This document shows positions 49,891 to 63,634 of a DNA stretch of 64,000 nucleotides, in pieces (the first letter of the stretch is position 1; each line of letters opens with the position of its first letter). The notes beneath the pieces were generated by a model, which made no database searches, was not told the DNA's origin, and was given only the letters and a program-made list of their open reading frames with translations. The position numbers and the translations under genes were made by a program. Source of the DNA: Octopus sinensis (lineage: Eukaryota); assembly GCF_006345805.1 (NCBI RefSeq), contig NC_043009.1, forward strand, positions 64,604,001-64,668,000, in the 5' to 3' direction.

Positions 49891-52160
49891 TATATATATA
49901 TATATATATATACATACGGACATACACGCACACGCATACACACATATGAAATGTAAATTAGACGCCGACTGTATTTGTACAACTGCTGATGGCAGCAGAT
50001 GAATAGGGAAGAAGAAAACGAACAAACAAACAAACTAAAAGAAACAAAAAAATGTCGCAAGCAACGAAGAGATTATGAGACAAGCTTCAAAATAACACCA
50101 ACAATCTATTCTCAGTGAAATAAAGAAAGAAAGCGAACGAGAAACATCACGAAACAAAGTAAAAATATGAAATAAATAAATAAATAAATAAATAAACTGA
50201 AACCACAAATATAATCAGAACCGAAAAGAAGCCGACCAATTGCATCATGCAGCATTTTGTCTGCTCGTCTGCAAACTGGGAGAGCAACGTCAACCTAACA
50301 GACGTTGATGACTATCAGAGAATGACACATACTGTTTCATTATCGCCCTTCTTCCTCTCTTTCGACATGTTTTCACACACGTTTCTCTCTCTGTCTCTGT
50401 TTCTGTCTCTGCCTCTCTGTCTCTGTCTCTCTTTTTCTTTCTCTGAGTAACTTTTGATTTACCGTATCATTTATACAACATTTGTTCCAATACTTAACGG
50501 TAACGTACTTCTATGTTTTTGACGACGTCCTCGCATCTACACACCACATACCTCCACACAGGGCATCGAACATCTTGCCTTTCTGTCCCTGTCTTCATTA
50601 TGAATATGTTTGTTTAAATGTCTGACGAGGAAGACACTCGTATTCTGATGCCCCTTTTTCATACATGTTTATCTCCTGAGGTGTTTCATATCGAAGGTGC
50701 AGATGTTGTAATACTTCTGAGATTCATCTCGTCATGATTGCAATCTCACGAAGCAAAAATTCGAAACTGTAAAATAAACCAAAATGATATTTTACGAACA
50801 AATTTCTCCAAGTTTAGAAGACACAAAACAAAGCAATGGTTTCCTTCTATGGTTTTCTTTGGAGATGGGTGGGTGCGATACAACCTCATATTTCTAATGA
50901 TAATCTTCCAAGTAATAATGTCTCAAGCTGAAGAGCAAAGTTTTCCACCTGATGGACGATGTCCTAACCGTTGATATCATGATGTCCTAACCGTGATGTC
51001 TTAACCGTTGATTTCATATCATGCATCACAACTGAAAGGATTTGTGATGCAGCTCATCTGCAGGTTGAAGTCCAATGAATCTTGCACAAATGATATCCAT
51101 ATTGATCTCCTGAGAAAGAAGATACTCTGTCACAAGATCAGGACGTGGGGGAGATTATCTCCTGATAATCCACCACCACTAACACTGCCGCCTCCGCCGC
51201 TGCTTCTGTCCCTACCATAACCATTACTTCTTTTAACTTTTAATAATGCTTGTTGTTCTTGTTCTTGTTTCAACCATAGTTACCTCTGCGTAGTTATTTG
51301 TATTGTTGTTTACTTTCTAAAACACTAAAGGTAGAGGGTTGCTTGCACACCTCCCATACCCACATTATTCCCATCCACATCTTTACCAAGTGGGGCCCTA
51401 ACAAAATCCGATAATAGGTACAGATGCAAATCCATCTAATTACTTGTCTCCTTCTAAAATCGGGCGTAAATTGGCGATCAGTCGACTTACAACAGGCGTT
51501 CTTCGTCTTGAGTTTATTTGGTAGAGTGGGTTTGTTAACTTGACAAGAAGGTCAAGGTGAGCTCTGAATGCAGACCCGCATGCTTCTTAGTTACATTCGT
51601 AACTGAGAAAATATATAAATATAGGAATAGTTACAGAGTTATAAATAAGTTATGGAGGGTCCTGATGATTGGGGTTGCAGTTAAGACATGTTTCTGGAAA
51701 AGATTGAGGGTCTCGGGAACGTTAAACGCACCTCGTGAAACAAGTGTAGGAGAGAAATTTGGAACTGAAATAGTAAGTATTAAAATAAAATTCTATGATA
51801 TGGTGTGATGTACATTAGGGTTTGATGAATAGCATGGGGACTTCTATCTCTAAATGACATATATTTCCTTATCGAGAATAATTCAACTTATTTGAATCCC
51901 TGTGACGCCGGAATTTTTATTCTCCAATTAATACAAACACACACCACACACACACACACACCACACACACATATATATATATATACACAAACATACTTAT
52001 ACATGCCCACAAGCACACACACTCATACACACACACACACACACACACACATACATATATATATACAGGAATTGCTTCTCGAAGCATACAAATGCTATAA
52101 ATAGTAGCATGTAGGTGTCGGGTTGTTATGACGTCTACAATATATTTATGTATATATATA

Positions 52161-52560
52161 TATTGGGTTGGCAACTAAGTCCCTGCGGTTTTTAAAAATT
52201 TTGGAATCTATTTTTTCGAGAATATTATTTTTGAATCATTTTGTAATCTATTTTGCTTTCTTTCTCTAGTTAATTTTAGTTAATTTTTGTTTATTTTCAG
52301 ATCATTAAAATGGAATGTCAAGTTAAGAAAAGGGGGCATTTTTACTTTTAATCAAATGGAACGACTCAACACGTTTATTCAAGAGAAAAAACCTAATCAG
52401 CAGCATGGAGTTCTTCTGCAGCACGACAGCGCCCGCCCACATATCGCCAATATGACCAAGGGAGCCATTCAAACGCATGGCTGGGAAGTGCTGCTACACC
52501 CGCCGTACTCTCCTGATTTGGCACCAACGGATTTCCACCTCTTTCGATCTCTTTCAAATG
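52161..52560 (+). pseudogene. Internally deleted mariner (D34D), same family as 37395-38338
   Basis: Same ITR and ATGGAATGTCAAGTTAAG start; HDSARPH...[16 protein letters not shown] with 34 residues between the aspartates; fused to a SINE B tail (52560-52597). Confidence 0.92.
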
Positions 52561-52594
52561 CATGGCTGCAGTCAATTGACTGAAACAAATAAAA

Positions 52595-52656
<62 letters not shown>

Positions 52657-52665
52657 AATAAAAGA

Positions 52666-52729
<64 letters not shown>

Positions 52730-52999
52730 ACGCATTGAGTCGAACCAGGGGCAGCTGATGAAGGGGAATTTTCCTTGTATTGTTTGTCCTGTACTCTGTT
52801 TTTTCGTTGTTTAAAAAAAGTCCGTTCCTTGTTTGATTTTATGTTTTCGTTTCTCGTTGTGTTCTAGGTTTATTTGTGGTGTCCTGTACTCATATATGTA
52901 TATATACATTTAGATGTAGGTATGTACATATATGTATGTATATATGCATATGTTTTATTTATCAAATTGTTAGTATATATATATATACACACATGTGTG

Positions 53000-53185
53000 T
53001 TTCATCGTTATTTGTTCCATTAATTGGACTGGTGCCATGTGGGAACATCGATTTGCATATTTTAGCCGAACAAATCGACACCAATTCTTTTTTCAAGTCT
53101 AGTTCTTTTTCTATCACTCTTCTTCGTTGAACCGCTTGGTACGAGGACATATATAGGTCATCACTGGTTGTCAAGCAGTGGCGGC
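53000..53185 (-). mobile_element. Degenerate SINE family B, 3' part
   Basis: TTAGCCGAACAAATCGACACC...GAACCGCTT...GGTTGTCAAGC. Confidence 0.55.
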
Positions 53186-53377
53186 ACACAGGCACACTGG
53201 CACACACACGCACACCCACACACATATACAAACAAACACACAAACATACATAATACTTACATAATGTATATGTACATAAATACATATATCCATCCATCCA
53301 TCCACACGCGGACACACTTTAACACACAGACATCGCACATTGATATACATACGTATACGTAATACGTATGTGTTTAC

Positions 53378-53424
53378 GTACATACACATACATACAGATG
53401 TACATACATACATACATACATACA

Positions 53425-53458
<34 letters not shown>

Positions 53459-54241
53459 CATGCATACATACATACATACATACATACATACATAAAGATG
53501 TACTACATACATACATACATACTTACATACATACATACGTACATGCATACATACATACATACATACATACATACATACGTACATACATACATACATACAT
53601 ACATACATCGTACATACCTACATACATACATACATACATAGTACATACATACATACATACATACATACATACATACATACATAGTACATACTACATACAT
53701 ACACACACACATACATACATACATACATACACATACATACGTACATACATACATACATACATACATAATACATACGTACAGTACGACATACATACTACAT
53801 ACATACATACATACATACATACATACTAATAGTACATACTACATACATACATACACACATACACACATACATACATACATACATACATACATACATACAT
53901 ACATACATACATACATACATACATACGACATACGTACATACATACATACATACATACATACATACATACATACATACATACGTAATACGTACATACATAC
54001 ATAATACATACATACACACATACACAATACATACATACATACATACAACATACATAATACATTACATACGTACATACATACATACATACATAATACATAC
54101 ATACATACATACCTACATACATACATACATACACACATACACACATACATACATACATCATACATACATACATACATACATACATACGTACATACGTACA
54201 TACAACACATACATACATACATACATACATACATACATACA
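53378..54241. repeat. Long (TACA)n microsatellite
   Basis: Direct reading. Confidence 0.97.
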
Positions 54242-55324
54242 GTAAAGTAAAAAGATCTGCAGATGTCTTTAGCTCTTCATCAAAGCACGTGCATTATACA
54301 AACACAAACGCTTACAAACTCTCACATGTGAATACTTATATAAATCACATACTGTCCATACACAAGAGTATGCCTACATATATATATATATATATTTGTG
54401 CGTGTACAAATACATAAACATAAATACACGCACACACACATATATATACACACACACATATATATAAATACATATATATATATATATATATGTATGTATA
54501 TATACATAGATGCATACATATATTTATATATATATATTTATAAACGTACATGTATGCTGTATGTTTGCGTAGGTACACACACAAAGAGGAGGGAAAGAAG
54601 AGAGAAGAGAGGGAGAGAGAGAGACAAAAACAGAAGCTGGACGGCAGTTCTCATTAACTGGATGTTATGTAATAATAATAGGCGACTTGTGTATTTATGT
54701 CTGCATGTACAACCGATCGGGTTTCACACAAGACACCTCTAAAACAGTCTCTGATGATGGTATTTACATAAGTTGCTGCTAAATTACGAACGAAACAGCC
54801 GATATTGTCATTAATTTGATATTTTGAATGACATGCCATAGCGTCTAGGCGGGTTAAGGGTTATTATTTCGTTCTGTTGCGTTGGGTACACTTATTCGTC
54901 CAATGGATCAGGTCATTTCTTAAGAGTCGTATGATTTTCCATGCATATTATTTGGTGCTATTTACAGATTTTCTCTTTTTTTGTTTTAATGAAATTGTTT
55001 GTCTTTTGTTGTAGTTTTGCTTGTATGGTGTGATAAGGAGTGGTGGTAATCATATGGCGTGAACTCATACAAAAAAATGGCATGTTTTGAGGGATGTGTG
55101 GTTTACGGACTGAAGTCGTTTGTCGCTTACTTCCGGCTTCTTGTTTGTATAAGGACACGTGACGTGTAGACTGTTTGTGAAGAGATAAAAATCACTAATT
55201 TTTGTCAGTCTTTTAATTTGTGTAGAGAAAAACATTCCTTCCATTTTAGTTGTATGGGAAATATCTTAATACTAACCGGGCATTCTTATTCATTTTGCTA
55301 TTATTGTTATATATTTGTATGTGG

Positions 55325-55467
55325 AGGCGTTAGTTCAAATTCCGCCGATGTTGACTTTTGCCTTTCATTCTTTTGGGGTCGATAAAATAAGTACCAGTTG
55401 AACACTAGGGTTGATGTATTCGATTTCAGACCTTGCACCTATAGTAGAAATGATTATTATTATTATT
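55325..55467 (+). mobile_element. SINE family A, partial
   Basis: GTTCAAATTCCGCCGATGTTGACTTTTGCCTTTCATTCTTTTGGGGTCGATAAAATAAGTACCAG plus (ATT)n tail. Confidence 0.8.
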
Positions 55468-55682
55468 GAGTGAGAGAGCTGCGTGTACCATCAAAGTGAT
55501 ACTGGGGTGCAAATATACAAATCCCAATATACTCATCATAACTACACCGGGCACATTGCATGACAAGCATATGTGCGCGACATGGTCACCTCATATCAAG
55601 ATAAACCAAATAGAACGTGTTTAACCTCCGTATGTGTTTCGATTGTTCGAAACTATTCTTTTAGGGACTTGTTGCTTGTTTC

Positions 55683-56379
55683 GGGTCTTTTCTGTTTGGC
55701 TGCCACGATTTCAAAAATCAGAGTATATAGAAAATTTTGAAATTTTGTACATTAATATAGATTTTCAAGCTGAATTGCTGGAGTTAATTCACTTTTATCA
55801 GAAAAGTTTTTAAAAAAAGTTATAGAGGTTTAAAGTTTGGTCATTTTCCCCCAGTCAGGAAACAGGATTTGGAAGCTGTCATTTTGTGCGTGACTGCACA
55901 TGTTTTAATATGAAACCGCAAACAAATGAATTACGCGCGACATATAACTTCACATAACTTTAAAAAAAAATTTTTTGTGTTTTCAGAAAGTTTTTGCGAA
56001 TTTGTATTCTACATGCAAGACTTCATACGATTATGTCAAGAAAAAGAAAGTGAGGGTACGTGATTTAAAGCCTGTTTTTAGCACATATGACAACCATCTC
56101 AATGACTGGAACACATTAGTCACCACGTACTTTCTTGCAGACAAAGAGGTTCTCATATTTGGCTTGTCACTATGAAAACAGACATGAATGTGTTGTAGCT
56201 TACGATTGGCTAAAATTACCTAAAATTTTCAAACTTTAATAGCTAACAACTATTTATTTATCGGTTTATGGCGAAAATGATTTTCATGGCATTGATTAGC
56301 CTATAAAAGTGTTGTATTACACTGAATATGAAACCAATTCGAAAAGAAACTTTCCTTGACAGCCGAACAGAAAAGATCT
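55683..56379. mobile_element. Non-autonomous DNA transposon with 23-bp imperfect TIRs, superfamily unassigned
   Basis: GGGTCTTTTCTGTTTGGCTGCCA versus the reverse complement of TGACAGCCGAACAGAAAAGATCT, 19/23 identical. Confidence 0.65.
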
Positions 56380-56839
56380 CTTATCTGTTACAATATGTTT
56401 TGGAACTAATTACAGCTTTAAGCTGATTCCTGTTTTTAGTTTCCAACTTTTGAGGCTGTCAATTTAAAAACTTTGTTTAAATTTTTTTTTACAAAACGAA
56501 CACAAAGATGGCATTGTTTTTGCGTGCCAGCCTGTAAGAGGAGGAAGTGCAAGGTGATGTAAGGAGCCAAAGTGGCCTCTCAAGGCTGACCCTTCACCGG
56601 TAACGTCTTCTCTTCTCTATCAACCAACAATACAACGACACCCACCACCACCACCACCACCACCACCACTGCAGCAGCAAACAGTAAACTTAGTAATAGA
56701 ATGTCAAGGAGCAGTAGCAACAGCAACGACAAAGACTGCTCGAAACAGCAGCATTTCAAGTGATGTCGACAACAACAACGTCAGCAACATCGCTACCACC
56801 AGCTTAATTATGAACTTACATGCTGTCACAGAATCCAAA

Positions 56840-57027
56840 AACACCAGCACCACCGGCACCACAAGCACCAGCACCAGCACCACCACCACCACTACCACTA
56901 CCTCTACCAACACCACCAACAACACCACCACCAACACCACCAACACCACCAACACCGTAACAACAACAACAACTGCTGCTGGTGCTACTATTACTATTAC
57001 TACTACTACTGCTGCTACTACTACAAC

Positions 57028-57063
<36 letters not shown>

Positions 57064-57072
57064 TGCTACTGC

Positions 57073-57104
<32 letters not shown>

Positions 57105-57110
57105 ATGATG
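56840..57110. repeat. Compound (ACC/ACA/ACT/GCT/GAT)n trinucleotide repeat
   Basis: Direct reading; runs straight into a SINE B fragment. Confidence 0.9.
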
Positions 57111-57114
57111 GCTT

Positions 57115-57168
57115 CGACCAAAGCCTTGTGAGTGGATTTGGTAGACGGGAGCTGAAAGAAGCCCGTCG

Positions 57169-57214
<46 letters not shown>

Positions 57215-57335
57215 TCTCCGCAACATGGCTTGACAACCGATGTTGGTGTGTTCAAAGAAAAAGGCCTGGGGTCGATTTTCTCGGTGGTGCTCCAGCATAG
57301 CCGCAGTCAAATTACCAAAAACAGGTGAAAGAATA
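57115..57335 (+). mobile_element. SINE family B, 5'-truncated and internally deleted
   Basis: CGACCAAAGCCTTGTGAGTGGATTTGGTAGACGG...CTCCAGCATAGCCGCAGTCAAA. Confidence 0.82.
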
Positions 57336-57629
57336 AACTAATGTTCTGTTGTCTAAGACCTCCGCATCTTTCTCCTTATCTTTCGTGATAAGGGTTATAT
57401 TAACCTTTAGTCATCCGATTTAGGATACTTCGATTCCGGAGACCTTTATTTAGAGCCTATCTGATTGTTTTAATGTTCTTTCGCCAGAACCTTTGCAGAC
57501 GGCCTTGCCTTTGTGCCACCTAATTAGATAATTAGAAAGATTGTTTTGTAATGATTTAGAGCTATATTACTCTGTCGGTCAATTTGTATTCTGCTTCTTC
57601 TGTTCACTGTTTTTTTGCTTGCTTGAGAC

Positions 57630-58010
57630 AGCATTCACCCGGGGTGGGTTGAGCTGGCTTCATTCATCCTCAATGCTGCATCTCTCACAAACGCCGACCA
57701 GGCCTGGTGATTTGAGTCTAACGACCGCGTGAACTCCAACCACTTCCTATTCCAGTGGCGAATGCCGTAGATATAGGGGCCTAGGTTGGGTTCCAGATCA
57801 GCCTTGACTGTCATCAGTCAGGCTTTTCGTTGTCCACCACATCGTTTTTTCGCCAACCCTGAAGGGGAGCTGGGGCAATTGCTTCGTAGATGAATTCTCC
57901 TGGTTGACGACGGAGGGCATGACCCAGCCAACGCAGACGTCTCGTTAGGATGACTTGTCGGAGGGCAGTGATTTTGGTGTTCACTGTGCCTCCACGTTAT
58001 GGATACCTCT
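57630..58010 (-). mobile_element. RTE-type LINE C-terminal remnant
   Basis: Across frameshifts: LRQVILTRRLRWLGHALRRQ...GGQRKA*LMTVKADLE...HQAWSAFVRDA. Confidence 0.75.
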
Positions 58011-58594
58011 TTTGCTCCATCTATCAATGCAAAACTTTCTGCTTCTCTCTGCATCTGAAACCCTATCGCTATGTCTTTCTAATCTCATCAAACAATCTCT
58101 TTTCCTTATTTCGAAACAACGTGTTCCTGCTGAAACTAAGCTATTCTTGTCTCATACCGTTTTATTTTAGCGGCTCTTTTTGTCACATTTTTTAAAAAAC
58201 TGTCATTCGTCTCTTCTTTTTTCCTTTATTTATTATTTTTATTTTTTTTTGTAAAACTGCGCTACATGTTAACTCACAGAAAGAACCAAATTTTTCACTC
58301 TCGAAAAACCTGCTCACGTAACACGTGCTGCTGCAGCACCATCCTACGACATGCTGCAAACAACAGACCTTGCTTCGCCTGACTCTCTGTCTTTGCTTTT
58401 TTTTTTATTTCTCTCTGTTTTTCTGCTTGTTTCTCTCTGTATCTTCCACCCTCTCTCTCTCTCTCTCTCTTTCTCCTTTGTTTATTCTGACTAATACACA
58501 AACAACCCCAGATAGGTTATACGATTCAATTCGTTTCTTTAAATTAAAAATATTATTTTCTCGCCATTCCCTTTCGCTATTGTATACTGCATTA

Positions 58595-58840
58595 CGGCGA
58601 GCTGGCAGAATCAGTAGCACGCCGGGCGAAAATGCTTAGCGGCATTTCGTCCGTCTTTACGTTCTAAGTTCAAATTCCGCCAAGGTCGACTTTGCCTTTC
58701 ATTCTTCTCGGGGTCGGTAAATTAAGTACCAGTCATGTACTGGAGTCAATGTGCTCGACCATCCCACTCCTCTCACATTCCAGGCTTTGTGCATTTAGTA
58801 GAAAGGATTATCATTATTATTACTATTATTATTATTATTT
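58595..58840 (+). mobile_element. SINE family A, full length with (ATT)n tail
   Basis: CGGCGAGCTGGCAGAATCAGTAGCACGCCGGGCGAAAATGCTTAGCGG... complete body. Confidence 0.88.
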
Positions 58841-59042
58841 CGTGGCTTTTATGGGTTTTTCCATGAGTAACCTTTCAAAGCACCTCCCCCTATTGGGAGT
58901 TTTTCCTTGTTATATTTTCGTTAACTTACATTTTTACACAGACTTTGCAAACGGACAAAACCCTTTGTAACTTTCGTCCTGTATTTTTGTCCTTACATGT
59001 TTTATTTGATTTTTGTTAGCCCTTGTGGCCAATAAACGAATT
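58841..59042 (+). mobile_element. LINE 3' UTR-like fragment related to 60250-60440
   Basis: CCCTATTGGGAGTTTTTCCTTGTTA is shared with about 60298-60324; ends GCCCTTGTGGCCAATAAACGAA. Confidence 0.55.
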
Positions 59043-59462
59043 AATTATTATTATTATTGTTATTATTATTTTTATTATTATCGTTGTAGTTGTTGTTGTT
59101 GTTATGGTTATTACACGTGGTTTCAGGTACACATGAACAGTTTCCTATCTTACATCACAAACAGCGACTCATTTCTTGGAAGACATGTATATATATATAT
59201 ATATATTTAGCCGAGGGTGATAAATGCTTTACAGATAATGTTTTAATATCAGTTTCACGCCCCTTCCATTGCTATTTTCGTAACGTAGCAACGTCTTCTA
59301 TTCGTACATGCGTAAACCCCTGCAATGCCTTTTACAGAAACTACTTATACAACATTCCATGATTGTACCAATTACAAACAGGATTATGGAAACATCTTTT
59401 TGAACTTCAGCGATTTCTATCTACGTCTCCGTCCACCCCACTTTCATCCATGTATCTATCTA

Positions 59463-59686
59463 ACCTATTTCTTTACTACCCACAAGGGGCTAAACACAGA
59501 GAGGACAAACAAGGACAGACATAGGTATTAAGTCGATTACATCGACCCCAGTGCGTAACTGGTACTTAATTTATCGACCCCGAAAGGATGAAAGGCAAAG
59601 TCGACCTCGACGGAATTTGAACTCACAACGTAACGGCAGATGAAATACCGCTAGGCATTTGGACCGGCGTGTTAACGTTTCTGCCA
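59463..59686 (-). mobile_element. SINE family A (tail CCCCTTGTGGGTAGTAAAGAAATAGG)
   Basis: Near-identical to the units at 5991-6393. Confidence 0.9.
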
Positions 59687-60104
59687 AGTATCTATCTATC
59701 TAACCCTCCGTCTTTACATCCATCAGTCCGTCTGTTCTTCCTTCCTTTCTTCCTTCCTTCCTCTCATTCATCTATTTACGCATCAGTACATCTTTAAAAC
59801 AATTCAAATTATCGAACTCTTTTATGAATTTCCCCATAGATTGAATGTCGACGACAGAGAGCGGATTTGATCTCAGTTCATCAGTTTTCCAATGTGCTAA
59901 TGCATAAAATTATTGACAAGAATGAGTCACAACTTCGTCGACCATTAATGCAGTTGTCGTTTGTTTTGCTCATGAAAATAACGTCAAGCTTGTTCTATAC
60001 ATTGTTCTATACTAGAAGTGGTTGTATGGTGAACTCGATTTAAGGAGCTGAAGTGAGATACTTACCTCTTTGGTCTAGCCCCATCAAAATGTTCGAGATG
60101 AGGA

Positions 60105-60440
60105 TTCAGAGGGAAGTCCTGTTGCCCAGTAATTTTATCAGAAAGTGGGTGAATGTGACAAGAATGATCCGAGTTAACGGGCCTACTCTAAGCATGCGCC
60201 TGTAAGTTGAAGGAAGACAATGTAGAGAGGGCACTTGCCGTAGTGGACAGTGCAAACCTGGTTTTTTGGGATTTCCACGAGCAGCCATGGAAAGTGTCCC
60301 TATTTTGGGGAGTTTTTCCTTGTTAAAATTATCGTTTTTACTATTTACGTACTTCTGTTTTATGTAACCCCACATTGTATTACCTTGTACCCGCCTCCAT
60401 GTTTTTCTTTTGTGAACCCTTACTGGTAAATAAAGAAAGC
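60105..60440 (+). mobile_element. L1/Tx1-like LINE 3' end
   Basis: REVLLPSNFIRKWVNVTRMIRVNGPTLSMRL* followed by a T-rich UTR ending AATAAAGAAA; clade call from recall. Confidence 0.5.
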
Positions 60441-61267
60441 GTTATTATTTTCTAAAACAGCAGAAGGTTCGTTTGAGCCCTAGAGATCCTTTGTTTGAGA
60501 GACTTGAATCTGGGTGGCACTTTCGCTCGCTTGTTGTGTCTCCAGGGACGCTCGTTGAGAAATAGCATTGAAGGTCTTGATACAATATTGTGCATTGTCT
60601 TACAAAAAATAAGAAGGCTGTCATTTATTTGTATTACTACCAGATTTTCAACTGTTTAAATGCAGTCTCTACTGCACCGTCTGATGCACCACCTTTGTGT
60701 CCCTGATCTGTTTGCAGCATTGTCTACTGGGGGGTGAGGGTGGGGGTGGGGGCAGAATTTTGTTGCTATGCTTAAATCTATCTTGCGCCAAATAACGTAT
60801 TCATTTTGTTGTCTTTGATGTTACTTTAGAGTTGCGCCTGTTTTTTGTGTGTGCAGAGAGAATGTGGATTGCATTATATTTTTGGGTGCCTCTTGTACAG
60901 AATATGAATCCTGCTAATTATATATATACAAAAGCATACATACGTAGATACATGCAGGCATATATTTATTCATACATACATGCATACATACATACATACA
61001 TACATGCATACATATCTGCTTACCTACCTGCCTGCCTGCCTACCTGCCTGCATACATACATACATACATACATACATACATACATACATACATACATACA
61101 TACATACATACATACATACATACATACCTACATGCATACATACATACATACATACACACCTACCTACCTGCATACATACTTACATATACATACATACATA
61201 GATATATATTAAATATGCATATCTGTGTGTGCATGTGTGTGTGCGTGTGCGTTTGTGAGTGTAAGTA

Positions 61268-61545
61268 GAGGCGTGTGGCTCAGTGGCTGGGGTTTTGCAC
61301 TCATAATAGTAAGATTATGGTTTCGATTCCTGGACAAGTCAATGCGTTTATGTTCTTGAGCAAAACACATTATTTCATGATGCTTCGGACCCACTCAGCT
61401 GATAAAACTGAATAATGTTGCAACTCTCTAGCGTCCCATCCAGAAGTGTGTGTGTGGGGAGTGGTCAGTTTATATGCTACAGAATCCAGAATCCGGGAAA
61501 ACGGCCTTATGAGCCTATGGCTTAGGAAGGACCTTCGATTCGTTT
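61268..61545 (+). mobile_element. tRNA-derived SINE family F
   Basis: A box TGGCTCAGTGG, B-box-like GTTTCGATTCC, CORE-like TTGAGCAAAACAC; second fragment at 4786. Confidence 0.75.
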
Positions 61546-61547
61546 TG

Positions 61548-61607
<60 letters not shown>

Positions 61608-62991
61608 CGAACATGTAGCATTCTCAGTGGCCGCTGCTTGAACGATCTTCGTCTCCCTCCTACATATAATGTATTTTAAACACAACACGTCAGTAGGAGA
61701 TGTTATCTCCGGTCGAATACTAAAGTAAACTTGCCCAGCACGATGTATTTACACGAAGCATGATACGTAAATGACTATTTTAATCTAATACTGCTTAATA
61801 CATACAGACACACGCACTCTCTTTCTATCTCACACATATACGCTCTCTGTCTCTTTGATGTATAGACACACACGCACTCTATCTTAGTTCACGCATACTC
61901 TCTCATGCTCAAGCATACACACACACACGCACTCTCTCTCTCTTTTCTCTCCCTCTCTTTCATGCACACCGACCCTGTTTCACACACATACATGTATGTA
62001 TACGTGTATGTGTGTGTGCATATGTGTGTGCGCGTGCGTGTGCGTGTGTATGCGTGTGTGTGTTTCTGTGTGTGTGTGCGTGTACACGCGTTCGAAAACA
62101 ATAACCTCATTAGACATTTGATCTCGAAATTAAAAGTGGTTGACTGCATTTCGGAGGAAGTTGGTCGTAACAGAAAGTGTTTGTGCATTCATCTTGAAAT
62201 GTTTGCATTGTGTAGCTTAACGTAATACCGAGATCAGCTTAAGGAAGTTCGTTGCTTGTGTTGATATCAGCTACGTATAAACAACTCTTGGCCACAGTCT
62301 GGATATGGCTCTTAGCAGTCGACTGTCGAGAGGGCGTGGTCAGGCGTTTGTCGATACAAAAAGGCGTCTTGTGTACTGTGGTAGGAACAACGTCACGTTT
62401 TCCCTACTTTATTTTGCTTTCAGCTTGAGATTCCTTAAACGCATTAATTACTGGTAGGGCCACCGTATTTCGTAATGCAACCAAATATATTACAGGCTTA
62501 TAAGTCAATACTGTGCCCCACTGAGTTAGCAGTGCAATTCAGCCACATTTTAAAGTTATATCTTCAGATTTTTCTTTAGAAATAAGAACCATCGCTGGAA
62601 GTCACGACATTTCGTATACAAATATGTCCATATAAACAATGCGATTGAAGATAGAAAAATAATGGGTATATGCATATTTCGGGAGTTCTTGTTCTTTCTT
62701 CAGTGTCACATCCAGCACGTTAACCACTCAAGAACACATTGCTTAAATAGTCACTAAATTTTAAAGGTAATGATTCTAAGAGTTTTAATTTTGGATAGAG
62801 ACTGGACGGCTGATTATGTTATTTAAGACATTAAATCAGGATAAATAATTTATGTATTCTATGTTGCTACGCTGTTGCGCTCCGGAAAATTGCGGTTCGT
62901 CTTGTATCCAGCGTGTTTACAATTTTTCTACAAAACCCGAAAACCGTTATAGTGTTTTGTTATTAATAGCTTTTTTTTTTTGCCTGTTTAA

Positions 62992-63180
62992 GGCGGCGAG
63001 CTGGTAGAATCGATTTCACGCTGGGTGGGGTGACTAGCTGCATTTCTTCTGACTTTATGTTCTGAGTCCAAATCCTGCTGAAGTCGACTTTGCCTTTCTC
63101 AATAGGTACTGGGATCAATGTAATCGATTAGGCCCCATCCTCTCCCAAAATGTCACGCTTTGTGCCTCTAGTAGAAAAAA
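62992..63180 (+). mobile_element. Degenerate SINE family A copy
   Basis: GGCGGCGAGCTGGTAGAATCG...GTCGACTTTGCCTTTC...TGTGCCTCTAGTAGAAA. Confidence 0.75.
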
Positions 63181-63634
63181 TCGTTGTTCTTTTTTTATTT
63201 AGCCATCACTGATCCGGCCATGGCCATCAAGTCCTTTTCGGGTTACGGTGAATAGATTGTTAAATGTGTCCTTTCTTGTTTAAGCCAGTGGAATTTTGAT
63301 TCGAAAGAGATTTGGCTACTATTTTTAACAGGTCAAGCAAATACATAGCCGTTTCAATGTGCAGCTTTGTTACTTATGGTGAAAATACTTTCGTCTTCGG
63401 TGACTTACTGTATTTTAAATGATATTTTGTCGTTGGTAACTCACAAATGTATATCCTTATATGTCTGCCCCCCCTCTCTCTCTTTCCCTATCTGTCTGAC
63501 TATTTATCTACACACACACACACTCACACGCGGATATGAACCATCACCTTTGATTGCGAACTTCATAAAGCAGGATACCGCGATAGGGTTGTAAGTGCTA
63601 AACCTTTCCAGTTTTCCATCGACATTGATAACTC

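Noticed and set aside
50620-50705. CTGACGAG...GTGTTTC..CGAAGG as a hammerhead
   Set aside because: GAAA, stem III and stem I cannot be formed
52755-52780. CTGATGAAGGGGAATTTTCCTT as a hammerhead
   Set aside because: No GAAA or cleavage triplet follows; at most a 5' half
54751-54805. CTGATGA...GAAAC as a hammerhead
   Set aside because: No stem III, NUH or stem I
56704-57328. Thr-rich mucin-like ORF
   Set aside because: Compound trinucleotide repeat that reads into a SINE; open on both strands with no signal peptide or splice evidence
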